Below are positions 62,752 through 64,000 of a stretch of 64,000 nt of DNA, one piece after another. Made by a program: the position numbers and the translations under genes. Location: NCBI GenBank assembly GCA_963809485.1, contig CAWEJX010000020.1, forward strand, positions 160,001-224,000. The letters are read 5' to 3'. Numbering within the stretch: position 1 is the first letter of the stretch; every line of letters starts with the position of its first letter. The stretch is from an uncultured Acidobacteriota bacterium. Lineage in GTDB: Bacteria > Acidobacteriota > UBA6911. Under the pieces are notes generated by a model that saw only the letters and a program-made list of their open reading frames with translations, ran no database searches and was not told the DNA's origin.

Positions 62752-63987
62752 ATGAAGGCTGAAATCATTGCCGTCGGCTCCGAACTGCTTACGCCGGACA
62801 ACATCGACACCAACTCGCTCTACCTCACCCACAGGCTGAACGAGGCAGGCTGCGAAGTCCATCTGAAAACCGTTGTCGGGGATCGCCGGGAAGATATCGC
62901 GGATTTGATGGCATCCGCCCTGCAGCGCTCCGACGTGATCATTCTCTGCGGCGGGCTGGGACCTACGGAAGATGATGTGACCCGTGCCGCGGTCGCACTT
63001 TCGCTTGATCGCCCGCTTTCTGTCGATGCGGACATTCTGGGAGCCCTGCGCAGGAAATTCGCGGAGCGTGGCTTTCCCATGGCCAAAATCAACGAGAGGC
63101 AGGCCGAGGTGATCGAGGGAGCGGAAGTCCTGGAGAATCCCCTTGGAACCGCTCCAGGCATGCGGATCAAGGAAAAGGGGCGAATGATTGTCTTGCTGCC
63201 CGGTCCTCCACGCGAACTCAGGAACGTATTTGACAACAAGGTCCTGCCCGGAATAGAGAAGCTGTGCGGAGGAATGAAACTGGCATACCGATCCTTCCAT
63301 GTTACGGGCATCACCGAGTCGGAACTGGATTCGCAGATCGCGCCGATTTATTCCGCTTATCCCCGGATACGCACAACGGTGCTTGCCGGCACAAAACACA
63401 TCGCCGTGAGGCTCTACCGGTGGACGCGGGCCGGAGAAATCCACCCGGATCTTGACGAACTCGCTTCCAAAATCCTGGAAAAGCTCGGCAATGCCGTTTT
63501 CAGCACTTGCGGCGAATCCATGGAGGAAGTGGTTGGAAGACTGCTGCAGGAATCCGGGCGAACGCTGGCTGTCGCGGAATCCTGTACCGCCGGGATGCTG
63601 GGCATGAGCATAACCCGTGTTCCGGGAAGTTCGAGCTACTTCCTGGGGGGCGTCCTGTGTTACAGCAACGATGTAAAAATGAAGCTTTGCGGCGTGCCGG
63701 CGGGGCTCCTGGAAGAACACGGTGCCGTTAGCGCAGAAGTCGCTGAAGCGCTGGCGGAGGGTGTCCGGAAAGCCCTGAAAAGCTCCATCGGCCTGTCCAT
63801 AACAGGTATCGCCGGTCCGGGAGGCGGTTCTGCCGAGAAGCCGGTAGGACTTGTCTATACGGCAATCTCCGACGGGACGCGCACGGAAAGCAGGCACCGC
63901 GTCGTGCCCGGCGACAGGGAATCGATACGGGAGCGTTCGACCTATCTGGCGCTTTCCTGGCTGCGCCGGTTTCTTCAGAAACGTTGA
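62752..63987 (+). CDS. cinA: Competence/damage-inducible protein CinA (MCF + PncC)
   Basis: AVGSELL, DTNS, GGLGPTEDD, LPGPP, AESCTAG, GSSSYF, TGIAGPGG. Confidence 0.95.
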   Translation: MKAEIIAVGSELLTPDNIDTNSLYLTHRLNEAGCEVHLKTVVGDRREDIADLMASALQRSDVIILCGGLGPTEDDVTRAAVALSLDRPLSVDADILGALRRKFAERGFPMAKINERQAEVIEGAEVLENPLGTAPGMRIKEKGRMIVLLPGPPRELRNVFDNKVLPGIEKLCGGMKLAYRSFHVTGITESELDSQIAPIYSAYPRIRTTVLAGTKHIAVRLYRWTRAGEIHPDLDELASKILEKLGNAVFSTCGESMEEVVGRLLQESGRTLAVAESCTAGMLGMSITRVPGSSSYFLGGVLCYSNDVKMKLCGVPAGLLEEHGAVSAEVAEALAEGVRKALKSSIGLSITGIAGPGGGSAEKPVGLVYTAISDGTRTESRHRVVPGDRESIRERSTYLALSWLRRFLQKR

Positions 63988-64000
63988 ACGTTCAACGTGC

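Overview
Chromosomal window from an Acidobacteriota bacterium (the 16S 5' end contains GATCCTGGCTCAGAATC, the target of the Acidobacteria-selective 31F primer), probably anaerobic or facultative. It holds a complete minus-strand rrn operon (16S-tRNAIle-tRNAAla-23S-5S, three tandem sigma70 promoters) and core genes (dapL, lexA, lon, purF, purN, ruvAB, rimO, yacG, pgpA, cinA). Accessory modules include an AOR-family oxidoreductase, a TAP hydrolase-natAB trio, SSS-namZ-GNAT, an ECF sigma/anti-sigma/TPR/PDZ module, rtcB-archease, moxR-DUF58-transglutaminase and an octaheme cytochrome c next to a rhodanese. Most notable: (1) an fwdD-fwdB-fwdC cluster whose fwdB has an in-frame TGA at the metal-ligand Cys position followed by a SECIS-like hairpin (probable selenoprotein), with no fwdA/ftr here; (2) nine intergenic copies or fragments of two non-coding element families with IS200/IS605-like hairpin ends and different structured cargo, one with nested inserts; (3) a candidate new LexA operator (inverted pair of TCAC-N7-WCAC repeats) and a small lexA-coupled ORF; (4) a DnaA-box/IHF cluster with no dnaA gene nearby. 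Product calls come from recognising motifs by eye; no searches were run.
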